Below are positions 18,126 to 26,944 of a DNA stretch of 64,000 nt, in pieces. The position numbers and the translations under genes were made by a program. Numbering within the stretch: the stretch's first letter is position 1; every line of letters starts with the position of its first letter. The stretch lies in contig JBEKRX010000028.1 of the NCBI GenBank assembly GCA_049518415.1, positions 4,604 to 68,603 on the forward strand, in the 5' to 3' direction. The notes beneath the pieces are model-generated. The model searched no databases and was not told where the DNA came from. It saw only the letters and a list, made by a program, of their open reading frames with translations. Source of the stretch: Verrucomicrobiota bacterium (GTDB lineage: Bacteria > Verrucomicrobiota > Verrucomicrobiia > Limisphaerales > UBA8199).

Positions 18126-18923
18126 CTATTTCAAGTGCCAGCGGATGGTGTAACGCCAGTTGTCCTGTGGCTTGTAAGCCTGCGCTCCTCTTTCGCTGAT
18201 GGTAAATTCACCCGTGCTACGGTTGTCAACCTCGTCGGTGCAAACATCCTCGTCCACATCGTCGAGCTGCAACTTGAAACTGCATTTTTGACCGGCCTGA
18301 ATCTTTGGCAGCTCCAGGGCGATGGGGATGGTGACCTGGTTCTTGTCGTAGCCCTTGCCTTCAACGTGGTAACGGCGGGTCACGCCCTCGACCTTTGCCT
18401 CAAAATAAAGGAACCAGGTTGCACTTTGCGGCGTATCCGCCATCTCAATTTCATCGATTACCAGGGTTGCCGATTCGGCGGTTGCCTTGACACGCCGGTA
18501 AATGTCCAGGCTGGGCCGCTGTTGTTCTCGCTCCTTGTCAAAATTTGACGCCATCGTCCAGGCGTCCCCCTCCAACCGGTAGATGGAGACGTATTCGTCG
18601 TCCACGTCTCGGAGGTCGGAGGCGGACCCTCCGGCGCGAATCTTTAGGAAATGGGCGGCGTTGAACGGGCCAAGCTTGTCCAGTTTCAGATCGCCCTCGG
18701 CATACAAAACCACTCGGCCTTCGGCTCCCAGAATCTGGAAGGCGAATTTGTCCTTCTTGACAGTGATCGTCTGCGTGTAGTCCTGGCCCTGTTCGCTGAC
18801 CTTCTTGACGGACCATTTACCCGCCAGCGCTTCCAGGTCGTCCACCGCCAGAGCAGCGTGACTAAGGAGGGCGGCGGCCAGGGGCAGGCCAAACAGTAAT
18901 CGGTTGATGCTCATGCCATGCAT
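18126..18923 (-). CDS. secreted hypothetical protein with TIGR03067-like lipocalin-type N-terminal domain
   Basis: Signal peptide (LLFGLPLAAALLSHAALA), then LAGKWSVKKVSEQGQ...IYRLEGDAWTMASN, which resembles the PVC-specific TIGR03067 domain. The second half is unassigned. Confidence 0.7.
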   Translation of the reverse strand: MHGMSINRLLFGLPLAAALLSHAALAVDDLEALAGKWSVKKVSEQGQDYTQTITVKKDKFAFQILGAEGRVVLYAEGDLKLDKLGPFNAAHFLKIRAGGSASDLRDVDDEYVSIYRLEGDAWTMASNFDKEREQQRPSLDIYRRVKATAESATLVIDEIEMADTPQSATWFLYFEAKVEGVTRRYHVEGKGYDKNQVTIPIALELPKIQAGQKCSFKLQLDDVDEDVCTDEVDNRSTGEFTISERGAQAYKPQDNWRYTIRWHLK

Positions 18924-19002
18924 GGTGTTGGTTTTCTGTCACATTCCTAGAGCGGCGCTGTGGTGTCAAGTGCGTCCTGATTACGATTCCGGTCCACGGT
19001 AG

Positions 19003-19293
19003 TTAGGGCATGACTTTTTTCGTGCAACCAGTGGCAACGTGGCGATTGCCCAGCAATCCGCCTCTCAAGGGGTGCGTCTGTGCTCCTGTAAAGCCAGCCG
19101 ACCAGCGATGCGTCTGGCCCCAGAGCTCTTTCCCGGCATGTGCGCCGGTCTTGGCGCGGCGGAGCACCATTTCGCTGCCGCAACGCGGGCATTTGGGCCG
19201 CGCCGGAGAGGTGGCAGACGGCGCTGGCTGGTTCGACGCCACCCCGCTTGTGAAAGGAATCTCGGCCAGCCAAATTTCACCGGCCCTTGGCAT
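19003..19293 (-). pseudogene. decayed toxin-like ORF (MazF/PemK-like N-terminus joined to a C4 zinc-ribbon-like segment)
   Basis: MPRAGEIWLAEIPFTSG resembles the start of PemK/MazF toxins, but the conserved core is absent. KCPRCGSEMVLRRAKTGAHAGKELWG resembles a topoisomerase-type C4 zinc finger lacking its second Cys pair. Confidence 0.3.
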
Positions 19294-19468
19294 CGTCGTA
19301 GAGTCCCTCGTCTTGGGGCACGTAACTGTTCAGGAAGGCAGCGTGATCGCCCAAGGCCAGCGGCGCGCCCGCGCGTTGTTGTCCGGCCGCCGCATGGCGA
19401 CCGGCCATCCAAGCCGACAATTTCTCGAAATCCTCCGCCGGGAGCAGAAACCCACCCGCCTGGCTTAA
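19277..19468 (-). pseudogene. antitoxin C-terminal remnant
   Basis: The frame reads GGFLLPAEDFEKLSAWMAGRHAAAGQQ...LYDDAKGR-stop and overlaps the downstream ATG (19293) by 17 nt, a typical TA layout. It has no start codon and is closed by a stop at 19469-19471, so the N-terminus is lost. Confidence 0.35.
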
Positions 19469-19513
19469 TCATCGGTTCTCATTGTCAGGCGGTTTCTGTT
19501 TTCCCAGGATAAT

Positions 19514-19590
19514 TGGCGCGTCCGGCAGGACTTGAACCTGCAACCTTCTGATCCGAAGTCAGAAGCTCTATCCAATTGAGCTACGGACGC
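19514..19590 (-). tRNA. tRNA-Arg (anticodon UCG), CCA encoded
   Basis: The reverse complement folds as a cloverleaf: acceptor GCGTCCG/CGGACGC, D stem GCTC/GAGC, anticodon stem TCTGA/TCAGA with loop CTTCGGA (anticodon TCG), T stem GCAGG/CCTGC with loop TTCAAGT, then GCCA. Confidence 0.92.
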
Positions 19591-19749
19591 TTAAGAACCA
19601 CCGCGGTTTTTCGAGGTCTTCGCGGCCTCTTTTCGGGCGGCGGCAGGCTGATCCACTGCCAGGATGAGAAGCCAGCAAGGACCGACTCTTCGCTTAAACC
19701 ACATATCAACCGCTGGGCGCATTGTCGCAAAGAAACCGGGCGGGCGCAA

Positions 19750-19969
19750 GACCCTCTGGCTGGTTGTGCACGCTTTCCCGTTGAGCATCGGGCAAAGGAT
19801 GCACGCCAGCTTCCGTGCGGCAGCCGTCACCGCCTTGGGCGCTCCCAAGGGCGACCCCAATGCGGAGGTTCAGGCCACAGCCACGTTTGATGGCCTCTAT
19901 ATCGCCCCCGGCCAGGGCATCCGGTGGAAGGTGGTTTCCGCGCCGGACGGGCCAGCGACGGCCTGGCAC
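19750..19969 (-). mobile_element. IS110-family transposase C-terminal remnant (frameshifted)
   Basis: GAPKAVTAAARKLACILCPMLNGKA matches the conserved C-terminal helix of IS110-type transposases (KK-AxVAVARKLaxIL..ML). Upstream similarity is weak and in another frame. No catalytic N-terminal domain is present. Confidence 0.4.
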
Positions 19970-20129
19970 GCCAGCCTGGCTTTGGAAGCGCAGGGAGCGG
20001 CCCGGTGAAATATGGCGGGCCCGGACACCGTTCTTCGGACCTGCCAGAGCACGTGTTGAGCACCATCATGCGGCACTTCTGTCCGAGGACAATTTGCCGG
20101 CGTTCATGGTGTCGGAACGGAGCTGGCGC

Positions 20130-20792
20130 TCATTCGTGATAACCGTCCCGGGCCATGAGCACCTTGCGCAGTTGGCTCACGCTCACGCGGGGCCACTCGA
20201 GCTTGCCCAGGTAGGTGTTGACCTTTTCGCGGTCGAAGGCCTCGGGGTCGAACCTTCCACCGAGCCATTCCAGCATGGACTTGTGCTCCTTGTGGCGGGG
20301 ATTCTTGATGATTTTGAGCAGGTTCGCGTAGCCCCAGACGCCGCCGCAGTCCTCGGGCGGACAGGCGCGTGCGCCGTCGAGGCACCGCGCCATCCCAGCA
20401 AGCGCCCGGTCAGGCCCGGTAAGCTTCCCCACGGTGATGACGTGGCTCCAGGAATCGCCGAAGTCGTATTCGTAGCGGAGCACAGCGCCAGCCCGTGGCC
20501 TGGCGTTCATCAGGATGGTGTTGTTGTCGTCGAGCATCGGCGGGTCGCCTCCATACTCCTCCAGTTGGAAGGCGGGATCGGAGCAGACCTGGTCGCCGAA
20601 GCGGAACTGGTGCAGGTGGCTGTTGGTCCAGCCCATCGCCACTTGGAGCACGGCGTGGAGCCAGCCAAGGTTGGCGTTGCCGGGCACTTGGAGCCGGCGC
20701 CAGACAGGCGGTTTCGTCCCGCTCAAGACGACCTTCAGGCGGCAGATGGGGGCGCCGGCTTTCGCGCCGGTGGGTTCAATGTGGGGGATCAT
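20130..20792 (-). CDS. plasmid pRiA4b ORF-3-family protein
   Basis: 220-aa ORF with family hallmarks (ICRLKVVLSGTKPPVWRRLQVP, WTNSHLHQFRFG, YEYDFGDSWSHVITV, CPPEDCGGVWGY). Confidence 0.85.
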   Translation of the reverse strand: MIPHIEPTGAKAGAPICRLKVVLSGTKPPVWRRLQVPGNANLGWLHAVLQVAMGWTNSHLHQFRFGDQVCSDPAFQLEEYGGDPPMLDDNNTILMNARPRAGAVLRYEYDFGDSWSHVITVGKLTGPDRALAGMARCLDGARACPPEDCGGVWGYANLLKIIKNPRHKEHKSMLEWLGGRFDPEAFDREKVNTYLGKLEWPRVSVSQLRKVLMARDGYHE

Positions 20793-20875
20793 AGGTGGGT
20801 GGTGGGGTGGCGGCGGTTTCCAGTTCCTGGTCGGCTTCGAGGGGTCCGACTACGGCTTCGTCGAGGTTGACTCAT

Positions 20876-23137
20876 TCACGGAGCCAGAACTGCGCCCTGG
20901 CTGGCATTGCTCACGAGCTTTTGGTAGCGGGCGAGCCAGCCGGTCAAGTCGCGTGGCACGGGCTGCCAGGCGAGTTTGCGCTCGGCCAGTTCGGTGTCCG
21001 GGACCAGGGTGTCGATGCGCCGATTGGGGAAATCGATGCGGAGGCGGTCGCCGTTGCGGAGCAGGGCGATGGGGCCGCCCTGGGCGGCCTCGGGGGAGAC
21101 ATGGCCGATGCAGGCGCCGGCGGTGCCGCCGCTGAAACGGCCATCGGTGACCAGGGCCACCTTGTCGCCCAGACCCATGCCGGCGAGGTAGCTGGTCGGG
21201 GAGAGCATTTCCTGCATACCCGGGCCGCCGCGCGGGCCTTCGTTGCGAATGACGACGACATCCCCCGCCTTGACCTTGCCGGCGAGGATGCCTTCGCAGG
21301 CTTGCTCCTGGCTCTCGAAGATGAGGCAGGGGCCTTCGAACACGAAGGCCGGGCCGCACTGGGCCTTGAAGGCGTCGCTGATGCCGGCGGTCTTGACGAC
21401 ACTGCCTTCCGGGCCCAGTTGACCGAAGAGGATCGCCAGGCCGCCCTCGGCCGTGTAAGCGGTCTCCCTGGTGCGGATGCAATCCTGCGGGTCGAACCGG
21501 AAGGCCGGGTCGTAGGGCATGAGGCCGCTGGTCTGGGTCTGCTGGAACTGGGCCGGCCGGAATTCGTGGTAGGCCTTGGCGATCTGCCAGTGGCGCAGCC
21601 GGCCGGCGCGCAGGAGGGAGCCGATCTTCTTTTCGCCGGTCTTGGCGTACTGCCAGAGGACCAGCACCGGGGTCTGCTTGAGGCTGCCCAATTCGGCGCG
21701 CACCAGGCCGGCCCAGTCGGCGAACTTCTGTTGCAGCCCCGCCTCGATGGCCGCCGCGCCCTTCCAAGTGAGGTTGGCGTCCACCTGGCATTCGGCATCG
21801 TCGCAGAACAAAGCGGCGGCGGCGGGGGCGTCGGCGGCGTTGAAGGCCGCCGCCAGGCGCCAGAGGGTGATGGCGCGGGGGTCGCCCGGGAAGAAGAGCA
21901 TCGGTTTGGGGGCGAGATTGCCGGTGGGAGTCCGGGCGACCGGGCCGAGTTTGTCGTTCGGGTCGAGCACGGGCACCGAGCAACCGGAGAGGCGGGCGGC
22001 CCTGGCCCAGGGGGTGCATTGCGGGGAGCGGAGGTCCCAGGCGGCGATGTTCTCGCCGAGGGTGCTGCCGGTGACGGTCTTGCAGGTGAGGGTGAGGGCG
22101 CCGAGGCGCTGGAGTTCGCCCAGGATGGTGTGAATGCCGCCCGCGCGCTGGACATCCTGGAGGTGGTAGTTGGAGGAGGGCGACACCTTGCAGAGGCAGG
22201 GCACGCGCCGGGAGATGGCATCGATGCGCTGGATGTCGTAAGGGATGCCGGCCTCGCGGGCGATAGCCAGGGTGTGGAGGACAGTGTTAGTAGAGCCGCC
22301 CATGGCGACGTCAAGGGCGATGGCGTTGTCGAAAGCTTCCAGGGTGGCGATGTCGCGGGGTTTCAAATCCGCCTCGATGAGTTTAAGGATAGCGCGGGCG
22401 GCCGCTGCATAGAGGGCCTCACGTTCTTTGGAGACGGCGAGGATGGTGCCGTTGCCTGGCAGGGCCAGGCCGAGGGCTTCGCAAAGGCAGTTCATGGAGT
22501 TGGCGGTGAACATGCCGGAGCAGGAACCGCAGGTTGGGCAGGCGCTCTGCTCCAGCCTCAGGAGTTGCTCGGCGGAGAGCTTGCCGCTTTGCAGTTCCCC
22601 CACCCCTTGGAACACGGAGATCAAGTCGGATTTCTGCGTCGCCGGGCGCAAGTGGGCCGGCAACTCGCCCTCGGCCTGCTGGGCGATACCGGCGGCCATC
22701 GGGCCGCCGCTGACGAAGATGGCCGGGATGTTCACCCGCATCGCCGCCATCAACATACCCGGCACGATCTTGTCGCAGTTTGGGATGCAGACCATGCCGT
22801 CAAAGCAATGGGCGCGGACCATGGACTCGACGCAGTCGGCAATCAACTCGCGCGAGGGCAGTGAATATTTCATGCCGCCATGGCCCATGGCGATGCCGTC
22901 ATCCACGCCGATGGTGTTGAAGATAAAGGGCACGCCGCCGGCGGCCCGGACCAGGCGTTTGACCAGCAGGCCGACCTCGTTCAGGTGCGCGTGGCCGGGG
23001 ATGCAATCGGTGTAGGAATTGACGATGGCGACGAACGGCTTGTCCCAGTCGGCTTCGGACTCGATGGCGCCGGTGGCGCGCAAGAGGGAGCGGTGCGGCG
23101 CGCGTTCAAGGCCTTTCTTAATAATATCAGAGCGCAT
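20876..23137 (-). CDS. ilvD: dihydroxy-acid dehydratase with a large internal insertion
   Basis: Collinear with long-form IlvD ([81 protein letters not shown]). It is 753 aa against about 616 aa for the E. coli type. The extra residues fall at aa ~372-525. Confidence 0.9.
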   Translation of the reverse strand: MRSDIIKKGLERAPHRSLLRATGAIESEADWDKPFVAIVNSYTDCIPGHAHLNEVGLLVKRLVRAAGGVPFIFNTIGVDDGIAMGHGGMKYSLPSRELIADCVESMVRAHCFDGMVCIPNCDKIVPGMLMAAMRVNIPAIFVSGGPMAAGIAQQAEGELPAHLRPATQKSDLISVFQGVGELQSGKLSAEQLLRLEQSACPTCGSCSGMFTANSMNCLCEALGLALPGNGTILAVSKEREALYAAAARAILKLIEADLKPRDIATLEAFDNAIALDVAMGGSTNTVLHTLAIAREAGIPYDIQRIDAISRRVPCLCKVSPSSNYHLQDVQRAGGIHTILGELQRLGALTLTCKTVTGSTLGENIAAWDLRSPQCTPWARAARLSGCSVPVLDPNDKLGPVARTPTGNLAPKPMLFFPGDPRAITLWRLAAAFNAADAPAAAALFCDDAECQVDANLTWKGAAAIEAGLQQKFADWAGLVRAELGSLKQTPVLVLWQYAKTGEKKIGSLLRAGRLRHWQIAKAYHEFRPAQFQQTQTSGLMPYDPAFRFDPQDCIRTRETAYTAEGGLAILFGQLGPEGSVVKTAGISDAFKAQCGPAFVFEGPCLIFESQEQACEGILAGKVKAGDVVVIRNEGPRGGPGMQEMLSPTSYLAGMGLGDKVALVTDGRFSGGTAGACIGHVSPEAAQGGPIALLRNGDRLRIDFPNRRIDTLVPDTELAERKLAWQPVPRDLTGWLARYQKLVSNASQGAVLAP

Positions 23138-23299
23138 AATTCTAAAACTCAGACGTTATATCCATGCCTGCGAAAAGGCAGGGGCAAGGTAGCAGGGGCC
23201 GCCCCGCTTGTCACGCTCGGGGAGGGGAAGCCCCGCGGGCGGGGAATCGGAGGGGGGGCATTGCTGCCCGCACCCAAAAGGCGGCAAGTCCCGATGCGT

Positions 23300-24514
23300 T
23301 CACCGGCTGAAGATTCCCGGCAGCCCGCGCCACAGGCCAGGCCGGGCCGGGTTGAAGAGGGCCTCCCTGGCGTTTTGCAAATCGAACTGCATCCAGATGC
23401 CGAGGCTGTTTGCGCCGCGGCCGTGAGACCGGATGGCGTCCACGCCGTATTCGTAACCGAGCATGATTTTGACCGAAGCGCTGCGGTAGAGCAGGCCGCC
23501 GCCGACGCCCTTGTGCCAACTGCCCGGCTGTTCGAGGCCCGGCAGGTAGTCGAGCACGGCGGTGGCGGCGGTGGCATTGAGGTTCCAGTGGTGCCGCCGG
23601 TCCAGGGGCAGCAAGTAACTCCCGCTGACCAACAGGAACTGCCGGGCGCTGAGTTCCTGGAAATAGTAGCCGGGCAGGGAGAGGGGAAACTCGGAAATGA
23701 GGGGGAGCAAACCGCCCAACCGGTAGGCGCTGAAGCGGTCGGCCGCGATGCTGGTGCCGGTGGTCAAGTTGAGATAAAGGCTGTGTTTGCGTTCGGGCAG
23801 GGTGTAGGCCAGGAAGGCTTCGCCCCAGAACAAATGGGAGTGGGGCTCCAAACGCCTGGGGTCGCCCGCAAAGCCGTAAGTGCCGGCCTCCGTGCGGAAC
23901 AGGCCCTCGTACCAGAGCGAGAGTTCCATCGCCAGCGAAGGGAAGAGGGTCGGTTCCCGCCCGCCCCACCGCAGGCCGGCCCGGACGTTGAAGGTCGTGT
24001 GGTCGGGCGGGAGGCGGAAATCGCTGGCGGTGTCATCGTTGCGGCCGTAGGTGCTGTAGTGGGCCAGGCCGCGCAACACGCCGTTGAGGGGGACCGTGTG
24101 GCCGGGATTGAACAGGTGATAGAGGCTGACTCCGCCTTCGCCGTCGTGGCCGTCAAACGATTCGTGGGGATAGAAAGTCCCCCGGCGAATCTCTTCATAA
24201 GTGTCGGCCCAACCGCCGCCGGCCAGGTCGAGCCCCAGGTCGGTGTGCTCGCCCAGGAGGCCGTGGATGCCGAGTTCTGAGTCCAGGTAAACGGGCGCCA
24301 CGGCCAGGCGCAGGGTCAGGTTGGTGCGCAGGAAACCGGGCTGGTTGCGATAATAGAACGCATAACCCGAGAGCGGGGGATGTCCTTCCAGGGCCTGATT
24401 GTAGCCGAGTTGAATCAGTTCGCGTTTGACCGGGTCAATCTGGCCCTGGACCCCCAGAGGGCTGAGGCAACCCGACAGGCAAAGCAGCAAAAACCAGCGG
24501 CGCGAAACAATCAC
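23300..24514 (-). CDS. outer-membrane beta-barrel protein (Omp85/surface-antigen-like), putative
   Basis: GTG at 24514 gives a signal-like N-terminus (RRWFLLLCLSGCLSPLGVQG). The alternating beta-strand pattern and aromatic C-terminal region (IMLGYEYGVD...GIWMQFDL) suit a barrel. The longer track ORF runs through a non-coding repeat array. Confidence 0.55.
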   Translation of the reverse strand: MIVSRRWFLLLCLSGCLSPLGVQGQIDPVKRELIQLGYNQALEGHPPLSGYAFYYRNQPGFLRTNLTLRLAVAPVYLDSELGIHGLLGEHTDLGLDLAGGGWADTYEEIRRGTFYPHESFDGHDGEGGVSLYHLFNPGHTVPLNGVLRGLAHYSTYGRNDDTASDFRLPPDHTTFNVRAGLRWGGREPTLFPSLAMELSLWYEGLFRTEAGTYGFAGDPRRLEPHSHLFWGEAFLAYTLPERKHSLYLNLTTGTSIAADRFSAYRLGGLLPLISEFPLSLPGYYFQELSARQFLLVSGSYLLPLDRRHHWNLNATAATAVLDYLPGLEQPGSWHKGVGGGLLYRSASVKIMLGYEYGVDAIRSHGRGANSLGIWMQFDLQNAREALFNPARPGLWRGLPGIFSR

Positions 24515-24605
24515 GCGGCCAGTTCCTAACCAAATGGCCGGGGGATGGCAAGTGGTTAGCGACCCCACAGGGGAGGTCCGAGGCGCGTCCTGACACTGCC
24601 CGCGA

Positions 24606-24644
24606 GCGCGGGCGGAGTGGAATTGGCGGCGGTGTCGGGATGCG
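24606..24644 (+). repeat. 39-nt dispersed element, copy 1 (GGAATTGGCGG core)
   Basis: gcgcgggcggagtggaattggcggcggtgtcgggatgcg matches 29159-29197 with 2 mismatches. Confidence 0.85.
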
Positions 24645-24703
24645 CCCGTGCTGAGCTGTGGCATTCTTTTTAAGCCGCAGCCGGGCCAGGTTTTTGGCAA
24701 AAA

Positions 24704-24829
24704 TTGCCAACGTAGCCAATGCAGCCAATGTAGCCAATGGGGTGGTCCGGCAGGCTGGGGCACGTGGCCAATGCAGCCAATGTGGCCAATCCAGCCAATG
24801 GGGCCAATGCAGCCAATGGGGCCAATGGG
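24704..24829 (+). repeat. two blocks of tandem 9-bp GCCAAT repeats
   Basis: Block 1 (24704-24739) is ttgccaacg tagccaatg cagccaatg tagccaatg. Block 2 (24764-24829) has seven units (gtggccaatg cagccaatg tggccaatc cagccaatg gggccaatg cagccaatg gggccaatg). A related array lies in opposite orientation at 60601-60636. Confidence 0.9.
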
Positions 24830-25003
24830 GTCTTCCGCCAGGTTGCGGTCCCGCCGCAGCGGGACGCCGCCGTGGTTCTCTGGCCTGCTTTATTTGCTAC
24901 TAATTCTCTTGCTCTAAAGCCATCGGGAAAAGGGGTCTGGACAGCAACGGCAAGGCCGGAAAACGCTTTCCAGATAATTGAGGGACCACGGCGGCCGTCC
25001 CTC

Positions 25004-25387
25004 ATGGACCGTGAGGAAAATCGCCCCGGTTTCCCTCAATTACGCTGGCGGCGCTCATTTATTGGGAGCGAGGCTTTTCGGAAGGAACTGCTGGCGCAAG
25101 TGAGCCAGCGAGCCGGTTTGGAGCACTGCGGCAAAGAGATTGAGGAATCGGCGGAGGCGAAGCCCCAGCGGCTTGTGGCCGAAGAGCTCAAGGAGTCAGG
25201 CTGGACGGAGTTGGAGCTGGGCGCGCGCCGGAGGGGCCATCCGGCGAAGGTGGCCACCGCCTTGCGACTGCGGCAAGAGACGACGATGACGCTGTCTTGG
25301 ATTGCCGAACGGCTGTGGATGACCGGTGAGTTAACGATACTAAGAACTGACCGGTTTTCTTCGCGTTCGCTGAGCTTGGCCGGTTAG
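25004..25387 (+). pseudogene. C-terminal fragment of a PVC-typical protein family whose full-length members carry an N-terminal IS200/Y1-transposase-like domain
   Basis: RRSFIGSEAFRKELLAQVSQRAGLEHCGKEIEESAEAKPQRLVAEELKESGWTELELGARRRGHPAKVATALRLRQETTMTLSWIAERL matches, from memory, the conserved tail (GSEEFR..LL, GDPxKLAIAARLRxETT.TLkWIA.RL) of that family. No N-terminal domain in any frame upstream. Confidence 0.45.
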
Positions 25388-25500
25388 CCGGGGGAATGGC
25401 GTATGCGGCCGCAACCCAGGCGCTGACCCGCCTCGGCCGGCGCATGGAATGAACTGCGGAATTGCGTGAGCAACTGGCCACAATTCAAAAGCGAATGTGG
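25369..25500 (+). repeat. 132-nt direct repeat, left copy (brackets the three-gene cassette)
   Basis: gctgagcttggccggttagccgggggaatggcgtatgcggccgcaacccaggcgctgacccgcctcggccgg...caattcaaaagcgaatgtgg aligns without large gaps to 28288-28418, roughly three quarters identical by eye. Confidence 0.8.
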
Positions 25501-25677
25501 AAAAGTATGGATGCGATCCCCCTCTTTTGCCTGTTCTCCGCAGTCCGCACGAGGTCAGGCCGGCGGAGAAGAGGACCAAGGGCCGGAAGAGGAGGGAACA
25601 GATGGACGTGCAAACCGAAGAATGATCGTTGCCAAAGCTCTGAGAATGAGGTAAACAAACCGGAATGTTTTCAATAA

Positions 25678-26361
25678 ATGTCGGCAAACAATCGAACACC
25701 TGAAGCGGAGGGGCTGTATGTGGTCGTCGTTGGATCGTTCAATCCTGCGATTTTCCATCCTGAATGGTTTCTGCGTCAGGGCCTGATTGGGGATCAGGAT
25801 GCCAAGGACGCCAAAATCATGGTGGTGAGCAGCGAAGTGACTGACGTGCGCTTGTGCGGGCTCAGGCTGCTGTGCATTTCCGAACGGCTCTCGCTGGGCA
25901 CGTCGAACGTTTCACAGACGGCGCGGCTTCAGGATATGCTGATACAGATGTGCACTCTGCTTCCGCATACGCCCATCACGGCCTGCGGCATCAACCCGGA
26001 GGCGCACTACCAAGTGGGCAGTAAGGCGTACTGGCACAAGATTGGCCATACTCTGGCTCCAAAAGAGCTCGTTTGGAGCGAATTGGTCAACCAGCCGGGG
26101 ATGCGGTCGCTGACAATCAAAGCCCCGCGTGAAGGGGGGTTCCCCGGCGAAGTCAACATCACCGTACAACCATCGGCAAAGTTCTGGCCGGGGATTTTCG
26201 TGCGCTCGAATTACCACTATGGACTGCCGCCTGATTCCGCTCATGCCGGGGGCGCGGAACTTCTGCTGAAGTTCCTTAAGGCGGAATGGAATCCCGCTTG
26301 CGAAATGGCTCGGCGTGTGGCAAAAATGATCTTTGACAAGATCAAACCGGACGATGGCTGA
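25678..26361 (+). CDS. hypothetical protein, cassette gene A (no family recognised)
   Basis: 227-aa ORF with an ATG start, clean coding appearance and locally lower GC. Its stop overlaps the next gene's ATG (ATGGCTGA). Confidence 0.75.
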   Translation: MSANNRTPEAEGLYVVVVGSFNPAIFHPEWFLRQGLIGDQDAKDAKIMVVSSEVTDVRLCGLRLLCISERLSLGTSNVSQTARLQDMLIQMCTLLPHTPITACGINPEAHYQVGSKAYWHKIGHTLAPKELVWSELVNQPGMRSLTIKAPREGGFPGEVNITVQPSAKFWPGIFVRSNYHYGLPPDSAHAGGAELLLKFLKAEWNPACEMARRVAKMIFDKIKPDDG

Positions 26362-26944
26362 GGCGCCCTCAACGATGGAAGTAGCCGTTCGGGGGTTGGA
26401 TGAGGTTCGTGATGTCCCTCAACCAGCCGACACGCGGCATTTCCTGTTTGCGCAGGAGGACGGCCACTTGGTCGTGCGGGAACCGGTGAGGGACGATGCT
26501 GCGTCCGAGGCGGTTTCTGCAACAGCGGTGCCCCCGTTGTCAGCGGAGACAATAACGATGCCGGGCCGGCCCGAAAGAGTGCTGGTGCTGCGTGCCCAGC
26601 ACGTGAGCACGCGCGCGGACGACCGCTACATCTTGCTGAAGAAATACGAGGGGGTTGTGACCTCCAGAGGGAAGCAGAGCTTTACCGCACGCCTTTTTGA
26701 GAACGTCAGCGATTACCCAGTGGTTGAAGCCGAGTTTGATTTGGAGGAACTTTCTGAACCAGACCGGGGGCTGGCTGTCGAAGGCGCGGGCTTGGTGTGG
26801 ACCATCGGATACCGTTATGACGGAAGCACGCGGAAGCGCGAGTCTGCGATTTATCTGCGGCGGCTGCCGTCCTGGTCGGACAAAGAAATCGAGCAAAGCA
26901 GTCGTGCGGCTGAGGAACTGACGCGTGGCATCCAGTGGGAATAG
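26354..26944 (+). CDS. hypothetical protein, cassette gene B (no family recognised)
   Basis: 196-aa ORF from the ATG at 26354 (alternative start at 26333), overlapping gene A by 8 nt and gene C by 20 nt. The N-terminal third is acidic and disordered-looking. The C-terminal part looks folded (RYILLKKYEGVVTSRGKQSFTARLFE...WTIGYRYDGSTRKRESAIYLRRL). Confidence 0.65.
   Translation: MAEAPSTMEVAVRGLDEVRDVPQPADTRHFLFAQEDGHLVVREPVRDDAASEAVSATAVPPLSAETITMPGRPERVLVLRAQHVSTRADDRYILLKKYEGVVTSRGKQSFTARLFENVSDYPVVEAEFDLEELSEPDRGLAVEGAGLVWTIGYRYDGSTRKRESAIYLRRLPSWSDKEIEQSSRAAEELTRGIQWE

Noticed and set aside
15750-19513. Intact genomic island integrated at the tRNA-Arg 3' end
   Set aside because: No integrase gene is present. 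By eye I found no duplicate of the tRNA 3' half (…ggcaggacttgaac…) that would mark a distal att site. Only decayed fragments are supported. A computed repeat search would be needed to revisit this.
21563-22024. Intein or mobile insertion in ilvD
   Set aside because: There is no Cys/Ser/Thr splice-junction pattern, no HN-C/S/T C-terminal junction and no homing-endonuclease motifs. The sequence reads as an NTF2-like domain, so it is reported as a domain insertion instead.
20795-22864. 689-aa plus-strand ORF and several 390-460-aa minus-strand alternative frames over ilvD
   Set aside because: They are high-GC shadow ORFs rich in Arg/Gly/Ala/Pro. The 20876-23137 minus frame carries every IlvD hallmark.
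24515-24763. N-terminal extension of the beta-barrel ORF (PPHWLHWLHWLRW…)
   Set aside because: The extension is just the in-frame translation of the 9-bp repeat array and the 39-nt element. GTG at 24514 yields a proper signal peptide.
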